A stretch of 64,000 nt of DNA from Bdellovibrio sp. (GCA_036677065.1 JAKFBS010000011.1:160001-224000), one strand, 5' to 3'; shown: positions 9,640-20,211, counted from the stretch's first letter. The notes: generated by a model not told the origin, from the letters alone. Translations and numbers: made by a program.

Positions 9640-10388
9640 TATACTAACCAGTCGTAGCCTTTTTTCTCTAATTCATGGGCTAAAGTAGCATCACCCGTTT
9701 GGATGATTTTACCGTCAGCAAGTACATGAACAAAGTCAGGCTTAATGTAATCTAATAGTCTTTGGTAATGCGTAACTAAAATGATCGCTTTATCTTTTGA
9801 ACGAAGTTTATTAACACCTTCTGCAACGATTCTTAAAGCATCGATATCAAGACCAGAATCAGTTTCATCAAGAATAGCTAAACGCGGTGACAACACTGCC
9901 ATTTGCAAAATCTCATTTCGCTTTTTTTCGCCGCCAGAGAAGCCCACATTCACAGGACGCTCTAAGTATTCAGGCTTCATGCTTACTAATTTCATTTTTT
10001 GGTATAAAAATTCTCTGAAATCACCTTCAGACATCGCGTCCGATCCTTGATGCTCAAGTACGGAATTAAAAGCCGTGTGCAAGAAAGTAAAGTTACTTAC
10101 GCCTGGTACTTCTACTGGATATTGAAAACCCAAGAAGATTCCTTCTTTAGCGCGTACATCCGGAGTCAGTTCTAAAAGATTTTGCATTTTAAAATTGATA
10201 TCATATTTAATTTCACCAGAAGTGATTTCATACGCAGGGTGTCCGGCTAGGATTTTTGCTAATGTCGATTTGCCGGCGCCGTTTGGCCCCATGATCGCAT
10301 GCACTTCGCCTGGTTTAACTGTTAGGTTTAAACCTTTTAGGATTTCTTTTTCGTCAATTTTAGCTTTTAAATTTTTAATTTCTAACAT
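9639..10388 (-). CDS. sufC: Fe-S cluster assembly ATPase SufC
   Basis: GPNGAGKST, FQYPVEVPGV, GFSGGEKKRNE, LDETDSGLD. Confidence 0.97.
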   Translation of the reverse strand: MLEIKNLKAKIDEKEILKGLNLTVKPGEVHAIMGPNGAGKSTLAKILAGHPAYEITSGEIKYDINFKMQNLLELTPDVRAKEGIFLGFQYPVEVPGVSNFTFLHTAFNSVLEHQGSDAMSEGDFREFLYQKMKLVSMKPEYLERPVNVGFSGGEKKRNEILQMAVLSPRLAILDETDSGLDIDALRIVAEGVNKLRSKDKAIILVTHYQRLLDYIKPDFVHVLADGKIIQTGDATLAHELEKKGYDWLV

Positions 10389-10391
10389 GTT

Positions 10392-11828
10392 TTATCCTAC
10401 TGAATTTTCTAATTTCATTTCGATTAACTTAACCGCTTCGACCGAGAACTCCAGAGGTAATTCTTTGAAAACCTCTTTACAAAAACCATTCACCAGCATG
10501 GAAATAGATTTTTCTGTATTTAACCCACGCGATTGTAAATAGAAGAGCTGGTCTTCTGAAATACGTGAAGTTGTCGCCTCATGCTCAAGAACTGCGGTAT
10601 TATTTTTTACTTCAATATACGGGAACGTGTGCGCACTCGAACGATCGCCCACAAGCATAGAATCACATTGTGAATAATTACGTGCGTTTTCTGCAGATGG
10701 CATGATTTTGACTAAACCGCGGTAAGCATTTGATGAATGCCCTGCTGAGATCCCTTTAGAGATAATCGTGCTTTTTGTGTTTTTACCGATATGGATCATT
10801 TTGGTTCCGGTATCAGCCTGCATATAATCATGAGTTAGGGCTACGCTATAAAATGCGCCTTCAGAATTATCACCTTTTAAAATCACTGACGGATATTTCC
10901 AAGTAATTGCTGAACCTGATTCAACTTGGGTCCAAGAAATTTTTGAGTTTTTACCTTGGCAGATACCACGCTTAGTTACGAAATTATAAATTCCGCCTTT
11001 ACCTTCTTTATCGCCGGTGTACCAGTTTTGTACTGTTGAATATTTGATTTCAGCATTATCTAAAGCAACTAACTCAACAATTGCCGAATGCAGTTGGTTT
11101 TCATCACGTTGAGGCGCTGTACAGCCTTCAAGGTAATTTACAAAACTGCCTTCGTCAGCCACGATCAATGTTCTTTCGAACTGGCCAGTTTCTTTAGCGT
11201 TGATACGAAAATATGTCGATAAATCGACCGGACAACGAACACCTTTGGGAATGTACACGAAGCTGCCATCAGAAAATACGGCTGCATTTAAAGTTGCGTA
11301 GTAGTTATCTGTGTACGGGACAACTGAACCGAAATATTTTTCTACTAGTTCAGGGTATTTTTTAATGGCTTCAGAAATTGAACAAAAGATAACGCCAACT
11401 TTTTCTAAGTCTTCATTATGAGTGGTCGCAATACTTACAGAGTCAAAGACCACATCCATCGCTACACCCGAGATACGTTTTTGTTCTTGTAACGGAATCC
11501 CTAAACGTTCAAACGTTTTAAGTAATTCGGGATCAATTTCATCCATTGATTTTTTAGCATCAATTTTTTGTTTCGGGGCTGCATAATAAGTTAAATCTTG
11601 AAAATCAATTGGCGGATAACTAACTTGCGCCCATTTGTTTTCACTTAAGCTTGGCTCAGTTAAAGTTAACCAGTGACGGTATGCTTTTAAACGGTAATTC
11701 AACACCCATTCAGGTTCTTCTTTTTTTGCAGAAATCAAACGTAAGATATCTTCAGAAAGACCCTTAGGAACAGTCTCCATTTCAATATCTGTAGTAAATC
11801 CATATTTGTATTCATATGACTCAGACAT
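10392..11828 (-). CDS. sufB: Fe-S cluster assembly protein SufB
   Basis: [37 protein letters not shown]. Confidence 0.97.
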   Translation of the reverse strand: MSESYEYKYGFTTDIEMETVPKGLSEDILRLISAKKEEPEWVLNYRLKAYRHWLTLTEPSLSENKWAQVSYPPIDFQDLTYYAAPKQKIDAKKSMDEIDPELLKTFERLGIPLQEQKRISGVAMDVVFDSVSIATTHNEDLEKVGVIFCSISEAIKKYPELVEKYFGSVVPYTDNYYATLNAAVFSDGSFVYIPKGVRCPVDLSTYFRINAKETGQFERTLIVADEGSFVNYLEGCTAPQRDENQLHSAIVELVALDNAEIKYSTVQNWYTGDKEGKGGIYNFVTKRGICQGKNSKISWTQVESGSAITWKYPSVILKGDNSEGAFYSVALTHDYMQADTGTKMIHIGKNTKSTIISKGISAGHSSNAYRGLVKIMPSAENARNYSQCDSMLVGDRSSAHTFPYIEVKNNTAVLEHEATTSRISEDQLFYLQSRGLNTEKSISMLVNGFCKEVFKELPLEFSVEAVKLIEMKLENSVG

Positions 11829-12219
11829 GAAATACCTCTTCGATAGAAATCGATTTATAAAAATCCTGAACTTTTTTGTTTAAATTTTCGACTGGGGTCA
11901 AAATCGTGCAATTTTTTAAAAGGTCACATTCTTTATCAGATAAGCATTTTGCAAGACCAGTCGAACCATCAACGATATTCATTAATTCATAAACAGAAAC
12001 TTTTGCTAAATCTTTAACTAAGCGATAACCGCCATGTAAACCGTATTCGGCTTTTAAAATTCCGTGCGAGCTTAGCGTTTGTAAAACACGTGCTGTGACT
12101 TCAGCCGGCGCATGTGTCGCCTCTGCGATGTCTTTGGCTGACACAGTTGTATCATCACCTTCTGCAAAATGTTTTAACGCCATCAAAGCGTATTCAACTT
12201 TTTTATTTAGTTTGCTCAT
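11821..12219 (-). CDS. Rrf2-family (IscR-like) transcriptional regulator
   Basis: [16 protein letters not shown] wing, C-x5-C-x5-C; ATG 12219 preferred over GTG 12228. Confidence 0.9.
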   Translation of the reverse strand: MSKLNKKVEYALMALKHFAEGDDTTVSAKDIAEATHAPAEVTARVLQTLSSHGILKAEYGLHGGYRLVKDLAKVSVYELMNIVDGSTGLAKCLSDKECDLLKNCTILTPVENLNKKVQDFYKSISIEEVFHV

Positions 12220-12231
12220 GTAATTCACCCA

Positions 12232-12256
12232 ATAGGCGACTAAATTAGTCGTATAT
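12232..12256. promoter_or_regulatory. IscR type-1-like operator, site 1
   Basis: ATAGGCGACTAAATTAGTCGTATAT resembles ATASYYGACTRWWWYAGTCRRSTAT; directly upstream of the Rrf2 gene. Confidence 0.8.
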
Positions 12257-12299
12257 ATTTAAGGCCATTTATACGCCGATTTAGATGAAAGGCAATTGA

Positions 12300-12324
12300 A
12301 AATCCGACCTTTTTAGTCGTACAT
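12300..12324. promoter_or_regulatory. IscR type-1-like operator, site 2
   Basis: AAATCCGACCTTTTTAGTCGTACAT, same CGAC-N7-GTCG core as site 1. Confidence 0.7.
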
Positions 12325-12438
12325 TCAAGGCCTCAAATTCAATTAAACAGTACTAGAGTTAAATTGTGGCGCAAATACCGCAGTTTGCTGGGGTTTTTGT
12401 CACTAGAAGCAGTCTAAATCGCATGCTAGGTTACTAGC

Positions 12439-13662
12439 ATGGTAAGACTCTGTTTATATCTAATTACCTGTTTGTTTTTCGCAAGCTGCGCCAATAAAAC
12501 TCTTATTCGCGACAGTGAATACCAACCTGTTTATCAAGCCCTGCAAAAACAAAATGCCAGCGAAGCCTTACTAAATTTTCCAGATAAAGAACAAAGTGGA
12601 TTTATCACAACGTTTGAAAAAGCCTGGATTCAGTTTTGGACAAGTTCAGAAAAATTTTCTGATTTAGATATTCAAGTTATTCAAAATCTCTCTGATGAAA
12701 TCGAAAAAAGAAAATTTGTCAGTATCAGTCATGAAGCCACAGTCTTTCTTGTTGGCGAAAGTGAAGATGGTTACATCCCTTCCGAACACGAAATTATTTC
12801 GCTGCATTTATTCCTGGCCATGTTGTATTTGGATAAGAACAAAATAGATCCGGCTCATGTTGAATTGAAACGAGCTATTGAATATTTAGCGAATAATCCT
12901 GAAGGCAAACAAACTACTTTCGATGATCCCGCTATTCGCGTCTGGCTGGCCGCACTGTGGGAAGCTATCGGAAATCGCAATGAATCTGACGTTGATCTTC
13001 GCAAAGCCATGCAACTCAGTGAAGAAAACTTATCGCCATTTGTAGAAAATAAAAATCGTCGTGTACATTTACTCATGAGCGGCACAGGCCCGCAAACAGA
13101 ATGGTCAGACAATGGCGAAACAGTGCTTTTTAAATTTGCGCAACCCATTGAGCACCCACACTCATTTGTTACTAATAGCTGGTATCAATGGCATAAAAAA
13201 AGAAACACGAACATACGTGATACGCTCTTAAAAAGCCATTATATGACGATGGCTCTTGGACATAAGACTTCAAATCTTTCTAAAAAAACTGCAGGCATTG
13301 CTGCTTCTGCTGCGCTTTTCGCAGGGGCGATTGTTGTGGTCGCTGCTGGAGTTTATACAGCAATTCAAATTGGTGGAAGCAGCGAAGCCTTGGAAGGTTT
13401 GTTTTATGTGACGTTAGCCGGAGCTTCATGGTTTGTAGAAAAAGGCGAAGATGTAACTAAGTATGTTGATAAAAAAGTAGAAGAATCTAAACAAGATCAA
13501 GCAGACCTTCGTAAATCCTACCGCATGATCCGTTTCCTACCGAGTCAGATTGAATATATTGATGAAAACTTAGCCAAAGCCAAACCTCGTTATTATAGCG
13601 GATATCGTAAAACCATAGGCACAGGTCATAATCAGGTTGAGTTTATCTGGAACCCTGAATAG
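12439..13662 (+). CDS. Hypothetical TPR-like lipoprotein (COG3014-like)
   Basis: Lipobox FASC; GYIPSEHE..LHLFLAMLYL..AHVELKRA helical block; late Gly/Ala-rich hydrophobic segment. Confidence 0.6.
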   Translation: MVRLCLYLITCLFFASCANKTLIRDSEYQPVYQALQKQNASEALLNFPDKEQSGFITTFEKAWIQFWTSSEKFSDLDIQVIQNLSDEIEKRKFVSISHEATVFLVGESEDGYIPSEHEIISLHLFLAMLYLDKNKIDPAHVELKRAIEYLANNPEGKQTTFDDPAIRVWLAALWEAIGNRNESDVDLRKAMQLSEENLSPFVENKNRRVHLLMSGTGPQTEWSDNGETVLFKFAQPIEHPHSFVTNSWYQWHKKRNTNIRDTLLKSHYMTMALGHKTSNLSKKTAGIAASAALFAGAIVVVAAGVYTAIQIGGSSEALEGLFYVTLAGASWFVEKGEDVTKYVDKKVEESKQDQADLRKSYRMIRFLPSQIEYIDENLAKAKPRYYSGYRKTIGTGHNQVEFIWNPE

Positions 13663-13673
13663 ATTGAGTTCAA

Positions 13674-14438
13674 ATGAGAGTTATTCAAGCTATCTTAATA
13701 TCGTTATTCGTCAGCGCCATCGTATTTTTCACAATTAAATTTTGGGGCTTAGGCATACCCTATGCGGACTATAAACATCCATTTACTGAAACAACTGAAA
13801 TTTTAATTTTCAAAAAACCTTCGTTTGCAAATGTTGATCAAGCGATTCTTACAACAACTGATAATTTGTATTTAGATGTGGCGAACACAAGAGATCAAAA
13901 GTTGGTGATCATTTCAACGAATAACGATCAATCATTGGATCACACTAAAGACATCCGTAATAAACAGTATGCTGAAGTTGAAAAAGATGTTTTGTTATTA
14001 GAAAAATATAAAGACCATTTAAAAAACAGAAGAATTATTTTGAACATCAATGAAAATGCCATCGGTGGGCATCTGATTTTTACAGATCATGTTAAATCGT
14101 TAGGTTTAGAAAAAGGCGATAACATTTTAATTACGACCCCGTATGAAACATTATCAAAAACAATCAAAGAAATCTTACCCACTTTTATTTACGGAACGAC
14201 TGCACCAGAAATCTTAAAACTTAAGGCGATGGAATCTTTAAATCTAATTGAAGCTGCCTCTATGCGCGCAGATGTTTTGATTTATCCTTTAACCTATTAC
14301 AAACAGCCCTTTTACACTGACAAATTACAGGCCGAACTTAAGCGCAGGTTTAAGCGAATTATTATCGGGCCAATCCCAGCCAGTGATGTTGAAGAAGCAA
14401 AAAAAATAAATCCACTGGGCATTGTTATCCAAGAATAA
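13674..14438 (+). CDS. Membrane-anchored, degenerate glycerophosphodiester phosphodiesterase-like protein
   Basis: N-terminal TM; YLDVANTRDQKLVI resembles GDPD ELDVxxTxDGxLVV; no HRG motif. Confidence 0.5.
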   Translation: MRVIQAILISLFVSAIVFFTIKFWGLGIPYADYKHPFTETTEILIFKKPSFANVDQAILTTTDNLYLDVANTRDQKLVIISTNNDQSLDHTKDIRNKQYAEVEKDVLLLEKYKDHLKNRRIILNINENAIGGHLIFTDHVKSLGLEKGDNILITTPYETLSKTIKEILPTFIYGTTAPEILKLKAMESLNLIEAASMRADVLIYPLTYYKQPFYTDKLQAELKRRFKRIIIGPIPASDVEEAKKINPLGIVIQE

Positions 14439-14439
14439 T

Positions 14440-15576
14440 TTAGTCGACGCAGCGATTTTGCGTATGACGGCGAACCATGTCGCGGGCTTCGGCCATATTA
14501 GCCATATACGGCTGATTTTGAATAATCGCGTATTCCATAAAACTTAATTTTTTAATTTTACTTTTCTTTAATTGTTCGCGCATAGCTGGCTCTCGGCGCA
14601 TTGATGAACGAATCTCACTTAAATTTTGATATGTGACAAAGTCTGATGATTTAACTATTTGGCCTGCCAGTTTACGATTTTTATAATAACCATCAATCAA
14701 ACGTAACGTGCCTGTTACGCCGCGGTTATAAGCGAAATACACAAACTGTTCGATCATTTGCGGAGTTAAGATAGGTTCAATTTCTGGGCGCTGCTTTACA
14801 AGCTGCTGTTTAAAAAACATTTGATCACGTAGCGCATGCAAATAATGTAATAAAAATCCACGATATGGATTTTGTGGCAACGACATCATCGAACAGCGTT
14901 TGTTGACCTGAAACGCATCTACATCCAACTTACCAATAGTGCTTGCGATGCGCTGGCAGCTAGAGCTGTTGCTTTCTAAAAGCACGCGGCGTGTTCTTTC
15001 AACAAGATCACGTTCAGTTACGCGCAACATGCCATTTTTTGTAAACTGGGCGACACCTGCATCGAAGCCTGTGCGATTGATCGCGTTCACATGAAAACCA
15101 CTTTCGATCATGATTTGCAGAAATGAACTTTTCGGATCTAAATTAAAACAATCTTTTACGTCATGATAGGCGTTGTAAACTAAACGCGTGTAATTTTCAC
15201 TTAAACAAGGGCGAGGTGCGCCGACTTTTGGTTTTTCATCTTCGTTACTACAGTAAGCAAAACTGCCATTGAAGTTTTTTTGCGCAAATTGAATACACTG
15301 AATTGGAAGTTTCTTATCCCATTCATCACTATGGTCTTCGTAATATTCAGTGGGCATTCGTAAAATTTGATCTTCTAGGTAAAGTTTACTGCGCGAGTGA
15401 CAAATTTCGAACTCTGGTTGTTTTGCTGGTGATTGTGTAACTTTAGTAGTTTTTGGCAATGGAACTGAGCTTGGCAAACGATCAACAGTTTTCTGAACAC
15501 ACTGAATCAAAAAAAATGAACTCAATAACAGAAAAATTAATATCTGATTCGAGTTGCGTGTGCCTTTAAACTTCAC
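14440..15576 (-). CDS. Exported protein with lytic transglycosylase (SLT-like) domain
   Basis: Signal/lipobox-like N-terminus; IESGFHVNA (catalytic ES), GVAQFT, AYNRG; GAGGA upstream of GTG. Confidence 0.7.
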   Translation of the reverse strand: MKFKGTRNSNQILIFLLLSSFFLIQCVQKTVDRLPSSVPLPKTTKVTQSPAKQPEFEICHSRSKLYLEDQILRMPTEYYEDHSDEWDKKLPIQCIQFAQKNFNGSFAYCSNEDEKPKVGAPRPCLSENYTRLVYNAYHDVKDCFNLDPKSSFLQIMIESGFHVNAINRTGFDAGVAQFTKNGMLRVTERDLVERTRRVLLESNSSSCQRIASTIGKLDVDAFQVNKRCSMMSLPQNPYRGFLLHYLHALRDQMFFKQQLVKQRPEIEPILTPQMIEQFVYFAYNRGVTGTLRLIDGYYKNRKLAGQIVKSSDFVTYQNLSEIRSSMRREPAMREQLKKSKIKKLSFMEYAIIQNQPYMANMAEARDMVRRHTQNRCVD

Positions 15577-15588
15577 TAAAATATCCTC

Positions 15589-16380
15589 ATGAAAAAAATC
15601 AATTCTTTACTCTTCATCAGTGTATCACTTTTTTTATGTCTTGAAACGGCTATGGCACAAACTCAGGCCTCGACAAACGTCGCGGTTAAGATGGGTGCGC
15701 TTGAATCCATCATGCACGCTAGCCTTATAGTGCAAGCGGTGATCATGATTTTAATTTCACTTTCAATTATGTGCTGGGGAATCGCCTGGAACAAATACCA
15801 AGACCTTAAGCAAGTGCAAACAGCCAACAAAGCGTTTGATAATTTATTCTGGAAAACAAGTTCATTAGATGAATTGCACGAAAAAATAGAAGCCTTCAAA
15901 GGTTCATCGCATGCACGTGTATTTAAAGCGGCTTACGCTGAAATGAAAAAAATTGCAGAATCACCAATGTTGAACAAAAACATTAATAGCGAAACTGAAC
16001 CGCCATTGTTAGCAGGTTTAGATAATTTAGATCGCGCGATGAGAAAAGCAATTGAAAACGAAGTTTCAGCTTTAGAGTCGCGTTTAATAGTTTTGGCGTC
16101 GACTGGGTCAACTGGCCCGTTCATCGGATTATTCGGAACCGTTTGGGGGATCATGAATTCGTTTCAAATGATTGGCCAGACAGGCAATGCAAGTCTTGCA
16201 GCCGTTGCTCCGGGTATTTCAGAAGCCTTAATCACTACAGCGATCGGCCTTGCAGCGGCGATTCCTGCGGTAATGATGTACAATCACTTTATCACTGAAA
16301 TCAAACGCGAAGAATCACAATTAAATAATTTCAGCTCAGATTTTTTAAACATTGTAAAACGTAATTTCTTTAGAGGTTAA
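15589..16380 (+). CDS. tolQ: TolQ
   Basis: STGPFIGLFGTVWGIMNSF, VAPGISEALITTAIGL. Confidence 0.93.
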   Translation: MKKINSLLFISVSLFLCLETAMAQTQASTNVAVKMGALESIMHASLIVQAVIMILISLSIMCWGIAWNKYQDLKQVQTANKAFDNLFWKTSSLDELHEKIEAFKGSSHARVFKAAYAEMKKIAESPMLNKNINSETEPPLLAGLDNLDRAMRKAIENEVSALESRLIVLASTGSTGPFIGLFGTVWGIMNSFQMIGQTGNASLAAVAPGISEALITTAIGLAAAIPAVMMYNHFITEIKREESQLNNFSSDFLNIVKRNFFRG

Positions 16381-16385
16381 TCACT

Positions 16386-16802
16386 ATGGGAATGAGTAGC
16401 GGCGGAAATAAAAATTCAAAAATGGCGATGAGTGAAATCAACGTCACGCCGTTTGTCGACGTGATGTTGGTGTTACTGGTGATCTTTATGGTCACTGCGC
16501 CCATGATGCAACAAGGGATTGATGTGAATCTTCCGAAGACATCATCAGCTGGTGTTGAATTAAATGAAGACCCTTTTGTATTAGTGATTGATGTGGCCGG
16601 CAAAATTAAAATTGCCGGAAATACTGTAGGAATGGATAATTTAAAAACAAAATTAAAAGCCATTTTCGAAAATAAAAAAAATAAACAAATCTATATTCAA
16701 GCCGATAGAAAAGTTGATTACGGTATTGTCGCTGAAGTGATGGGCGAAGCTCGCGCTGCGGGAATTTACAATCTTAGTTTAATCACGATTCCTAAGGAGT
16801 AG
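16386..16802 (+). CDS. tolR: TolR
   Basis: SEINVTPFVDVMLVLLVIFMVTAP, ADRKVDYG. Confidence 0.93.
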   Translation: MGMSSGGNKNSKMAMSEINVTPFVDVMLVLLVIFMVTAPMMQQGIDVNLPKTSSAGVELNEDPFVLVIDVAGKIKIAGNTVGMDNLKTKLKAIFENKKNKQIYIQADRKVDYGIVAEVMGEARAAGIYNLSLITIPKE

Positions 16803-16806
16803 TTTT

Positions 16807-17595
16807 TTGGTTTTAAGTCGCGGAACTACCTTTTCATTAATTGCACACGCTACGTTGTTCTTGGCAATGGTCATCAACGTATCGTTTTTTAGCAAGCCAA
16901 GATTAGACTTGTCTGAAGCGATTCGCGTCGACATGGTAGGCTTACCTGAAAAATACAATCCCGCACAAAAATCGACTGACCTACCAGAAAAAATAGAAAA
17001 ACCGATCGAGCCCGTCGTTGAAGAAAAAAAGCCTGAACCTAAAGTTGAACCCAAAGTAGAAGCCAAACCAGAACCGAAGCCTGAGCCCAAAGCTGAAACA
17101 AAGCCTGACCAAAAAGCTAAACCAGAAGCCGATACGATTAAGTTAGATAAAGCTAAACAAAAGCAAAAAGCTGCTTTAGAAAAATTAAAAAAACTTTCAG
17201 CAATAGATAAAATTCGCCAACAAGTTCAAAACGAAAAAACAGCTGCTGCAACGGCAAAAATTTTAAAAGGCCGCGTAATCACAAGAGGCACTGCTTTAAC
17301 TGGGCTGGATCGCATTCAATCAGATAATTATACGGGGCAATTAGATGCTTTAGTTAAATCACACTGGGCTTTACCACAATGGCTGATTGGTAAACAGTTA
17401 AAAACAAAAGTATTAGTTAAGATCGAACCCGATGGTCGTGTTAGCGAAAAAAAAGTCGTGCAATCATCTGGAAACCCTACTTATGATGATTATTGCTTAC
17501 AAGCTGTAACGAAAGCCTCACCGTTTCCGAAAGTGCCGAATAAATTTACCGAAATTTACGCAGAAGATGGTGTGATCTTTGGATTTCCAGAATAA
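16807..17595 (+). CDS. tolA: TolA/TonB-like protein
   Basis: N-terminal TM with SLIAH, Lys/Pro/Glu-rich linker, C-terminal SSGNPTYD..ASPFP; between tolR and tolB; TTG start. Confidence 0.8.
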   Translation: MVLSRGTTFSLIAHATLFLAMVINVSFFSKPRLDLSEAIRVDMVGLPEKYNPAQKSTDLPEKIEKPIEPVVEEKKPEPKVEPKVEAKPEPKPEPKAETKPDQKAKPEADTIKLDKAKQKQKAALEKLKKLSAIDKIRQQVQNEKTAAATAKILKGRVITRGTALTGLDRIQSDNYTGQLDALVKSHWALPQWLIGKQLKTKVLVKIEPDGRVSEKKVVQSSGNPTYDDYCLQAVTKASPFPKVPNKFTEIYAEDGVIFGFPE

Positions 17596-17607
17596 AAAAG
17601 GATAACT

Positions 17608-18969
17608 ATGAAAAATTTAGTTTTATTATTTTCAATATTAATTTTCAGTTCAATAAGTTTTGCACAAACTTACATTAAAGTTGGCGATGCCCAAGCTAAA
17701 AAAAGCAATTTAGCTTTTCCGGTGATGAATCAATTGAATGCCACTAAAACTGGTAATCACGTAAAGCTTGCGGCACAAATTCACAGCACAGCATCGAAAG
17801 ACTTAGAACTTTCAACGTATTTCAACATCATGAAGGCCGGGGCCTTTTTAGAAGACACAACGACGACTTCTATTAAATCAAAAACACTTGATGCTAACGG
17901 TTTCAAGTTTGATTCTTGGAAAACAATCGGAGCAGAGTTTTTAATTCGTTCATCATTTGCCTTAGTGGGCGATGAAGTTTCTGTTGAAATGTATTTGTAT
18001 CATATCGGCGAAGGCCGCGCGGTCGTTGGCAAAAAATATTCTGCTAAATCCAGCAAAACAGTCGAGCTAGGTCACAGCTTGGCTAACGACGTTCTTGAAG
18101 CCTTAACCGGTCGTCGTGGCGTATTTTTATCTAAGATTGTCGCAACAACTGATCGCACTGGTTATAAAGAAGTTATCACTATGGATTGGGATGGAAATGA
18201 TTTCAAGACAGTCACCAAAGATCGCAGTGTTGCGATTGCCCCTAACTGGTCACCTGATGGTAAAAAATTATTGTATTCAATCTACACGCGTCGTGTAGGT
18301 TCTGCCCAAATGAATTTAACTTTATTTCAACATGATTTAAATTCAGGTAAACGTTCAATCATTTCTAATCGTAATGGATTAAATCAAGGTGCAAGTTATT
18401 CTCCGGATGGAAAAAATATCTATTTAACAATCTCACAAGGTGGCTCGCCTGATTTATATAAATTAAATCTTAAAGGTGACATCGTAACTCGTTTAACAAA
18501 AGGCCCCGCAGGCGCTATGAACGTCGAAGCTGCAGTTTCAGATGATGGAGCTAAAATTGCTTTCTCATCTGATCGTGGCGGCAACCCTTCTATTTATGTT
18601 ATGAGTTCTGATGGCGGCAACGTGAAACGCTTAACGTTTCAAGGCAAATACAATTCAACGCCAACTTGGTCTCCTGACGGCAAAAAAATTGCCTTCGCCA
18701 GTCAGATTGAAAATTATTTTGATATTTTTATCATGGATAGCGATGGCGCAAATTTACGTCGCATTACAACTGCAACAAAACCCAACGGTAAGCGCGCCAG
18801 CAATGAAGATCCAAGCTTTTCTCCGGACGGTCGATTTGTGGTTTTTACGAGCAATCGCACTGGCACATTTCAGATTTTTGTAAGCAGCGTTGACGGAAAT
18901 GAAGAACGCCGTGTCACTCACGATTCTTATAACTATTATAAGCCTAAATGGTCGAATAACTTGGAGTAA
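17608..18969 (+). CDS. tolB: TolB beta-propeller protein
   Basis: Signal peptide, TolB N-domain, repeated PD40 motifs (PNWSPDGKK, PTWSPDGKKIAF, PSFSPDGR). Confidence 0.93.
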   Translation: MKNLVLLFSILIFSSISFAQTYIKVGDAQAKKSNLAFPVMNQLNATKTGNHVKLAAQIHSTASKDLELSTYFNIMKAGAFLEDTTTTSIKSKTLDANGFKFDSWKTIGAEFLIRSSFALVGDEVSVEMYLYHIGEGRAVVGKKYSAKSSKTVELGHSLANDVLEALTGRRGVFLSKIVATTDRTGYKEVITMDWDGNDFKTVTKDRSVAIAPNWSPDGKKLLYSIYTRRVGSAQMNLTLFQHDLNSGKRSIISNRNGLNQGASYSPDGKNIYLTISQGGSPDLYKLNLKGDIVTRLTKGPAGAMNVEAAVSDDGAKIAFSSDRGGNPSIYVMSSDGGNVKRLTFQGKYNSTPTWSPDGKKIAFASQIENYFDIFIMDSDGANLRRITTATKPNGKRASNEDPSFSPDGRFVVFTSNRTGTFQIFVSSVDGNEERRVTHDSYNYYKPKWSNNLE

Positions 18970-19030
18970 AAATAAGCACTCTTAATGGGATCTTGACGAC
19001 GCTTGGGCCTGTTCAGGTATAAAAACACCT

Positions 19031-19675
19031 ATGAAAACACAAGTGTTAAAAGTAAAAAATTCGCAAGTTAATGTTATTGTTTGGATCTACTTACTAGCTT
19101 TCGTTTTAATGACTTGGTCATTTAAAACCCACGCTAAAGACGCAAGCGCTGAGGCTAAAAAAGCTACTGCTCCAGCGGTCGCGCAAACAGTTACAATCGA
19201 TACATCTCTTGGCAAAATCAAAGTTAAATTAAACTCTGAAAAAGCACCAATCAGCACAGAAAATTTCTTAAAATACGTCGATAAAAAATTCTACGATAAA
19301 ACGATTTTTCACCGCGTAATCAAAGACTTCATGGTTCAAGGCGGCGGCCACACAGCTGACATGAAAGAAAAAGCACCACTTTTTCCGCCCATCACGAACG
19401 AAGCAAAAAATGGTTTATCAAATATGCGCGGAACACTGGCGATGGCTCGTACTAACGACATCAACTCTGCAACTGCACAATTTTTTATTAACGTAGTAGA
19501 TAACCAACGTTTAGATCACAAATCTGAAGATCGTTATGGTTATGCTGTATTTGGTGAAGTGATCGAAGGCATGGATGTAGTTGATAAAATCCGTGATTCG
19601 AAAACGACTACTAAAGGCGAATACGCTGACGTTCCTGAAAAAGTAATCACAATTAAATCAATTCGTAAAAACTAG
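19031..19675 (+). CDS. Cyclophilin-type PPIase, exported
   Basis: Signal peptide; [37 protein letters not shown]. Confidence 0.93.
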   Translation: MKTQVLKVKNSQVNVIVWIYLLAFVLMTWSFKTHAKDASAEAKKATAPAVAQTVTIDTSLGKIKVKLNSEKAPISTENFLKYVDKKFYDKTIFHRVIKDFMVQGGGHTADMKEKAPLFPPITNEAKNGLSNMRGTLAMARTNDINSATAQFFINVVDNQRLDHKSEDRYGYAVFGEVIEGMDVVDKIRDSKTTTKGEYADVPEKVITIKSIRKN

Positions 19676-19684
19676 GATAAAAAT

Positions 19685-20188
19685 ATGATAGCTACATTCG
19701 ATACAAACCGCGGAACATTTAAAGTTAAACTTTTTGCTGATAAAGCACCTAAGACAGTTGAAAACTTCGTAGGTCTTGCGACTGGCACTAAAGAATTCAC
19801 TGATCCTAAAACTGGCGACAAAGTAAAACGTCCGTATTTCGACGGTTTAGTTTTTCACCGCGTAATTAAAGATTTTATGATTCAAGGTGGTTGTCCGCTT
19901 GGAACAGGCACTGGCGGACCAGGTTACAAATTCGGTGACGAATTTCACCCTGAATTAAAACACAATAAACCAGGTCTTCTTTCAATGGCTAACGCTGGTC
20001 CTGGCACGAATGGTTCACAATTTTTTATCACGACTGTGCCAACACCATGGCTTGATAACAAACACACAATTTTCGGTGAAGTGACTGAAGGTTATGATGT
20101 TGTTGATGCTATCGGTAAAACTAAAACTGGCCCGATGGATCGTCCTGCTGAACCAATTGTAATTAATAAATTAACGATTGCTCAGTAA
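19685..20188 (+). CDS. Cyclophilin-type PPIase, cytoplasmic
   Basis: [41 protein letters not shown]. Confidence 0.95.
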   Translation: MIATFDTNRGTFKVKLFADKAPKTVENFVGLATGTKEFTDPKTGDKVKRPYFDGLVFHRVIKDFMIQGGCPLGTGTGGPGYKFGDEFHPELKHNKPGLLSMANAGPGTNGSQFFITTVPTPWLDNKHTIFGEVTEGYDVVDAIGKTKTGPMDRPAEPIVINKLTIAQ

Positions 20189-20211
20189 GCGCAACTTTTA
20201 CATCTTTAAAG

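Noticed and set aside
17029..17127. KPEPKVEPK-type repeats in tolA
   Set aside because: Ordinary Pro/Lys/Glu linker of TolA/TonB proteins, not a DNA repeat element
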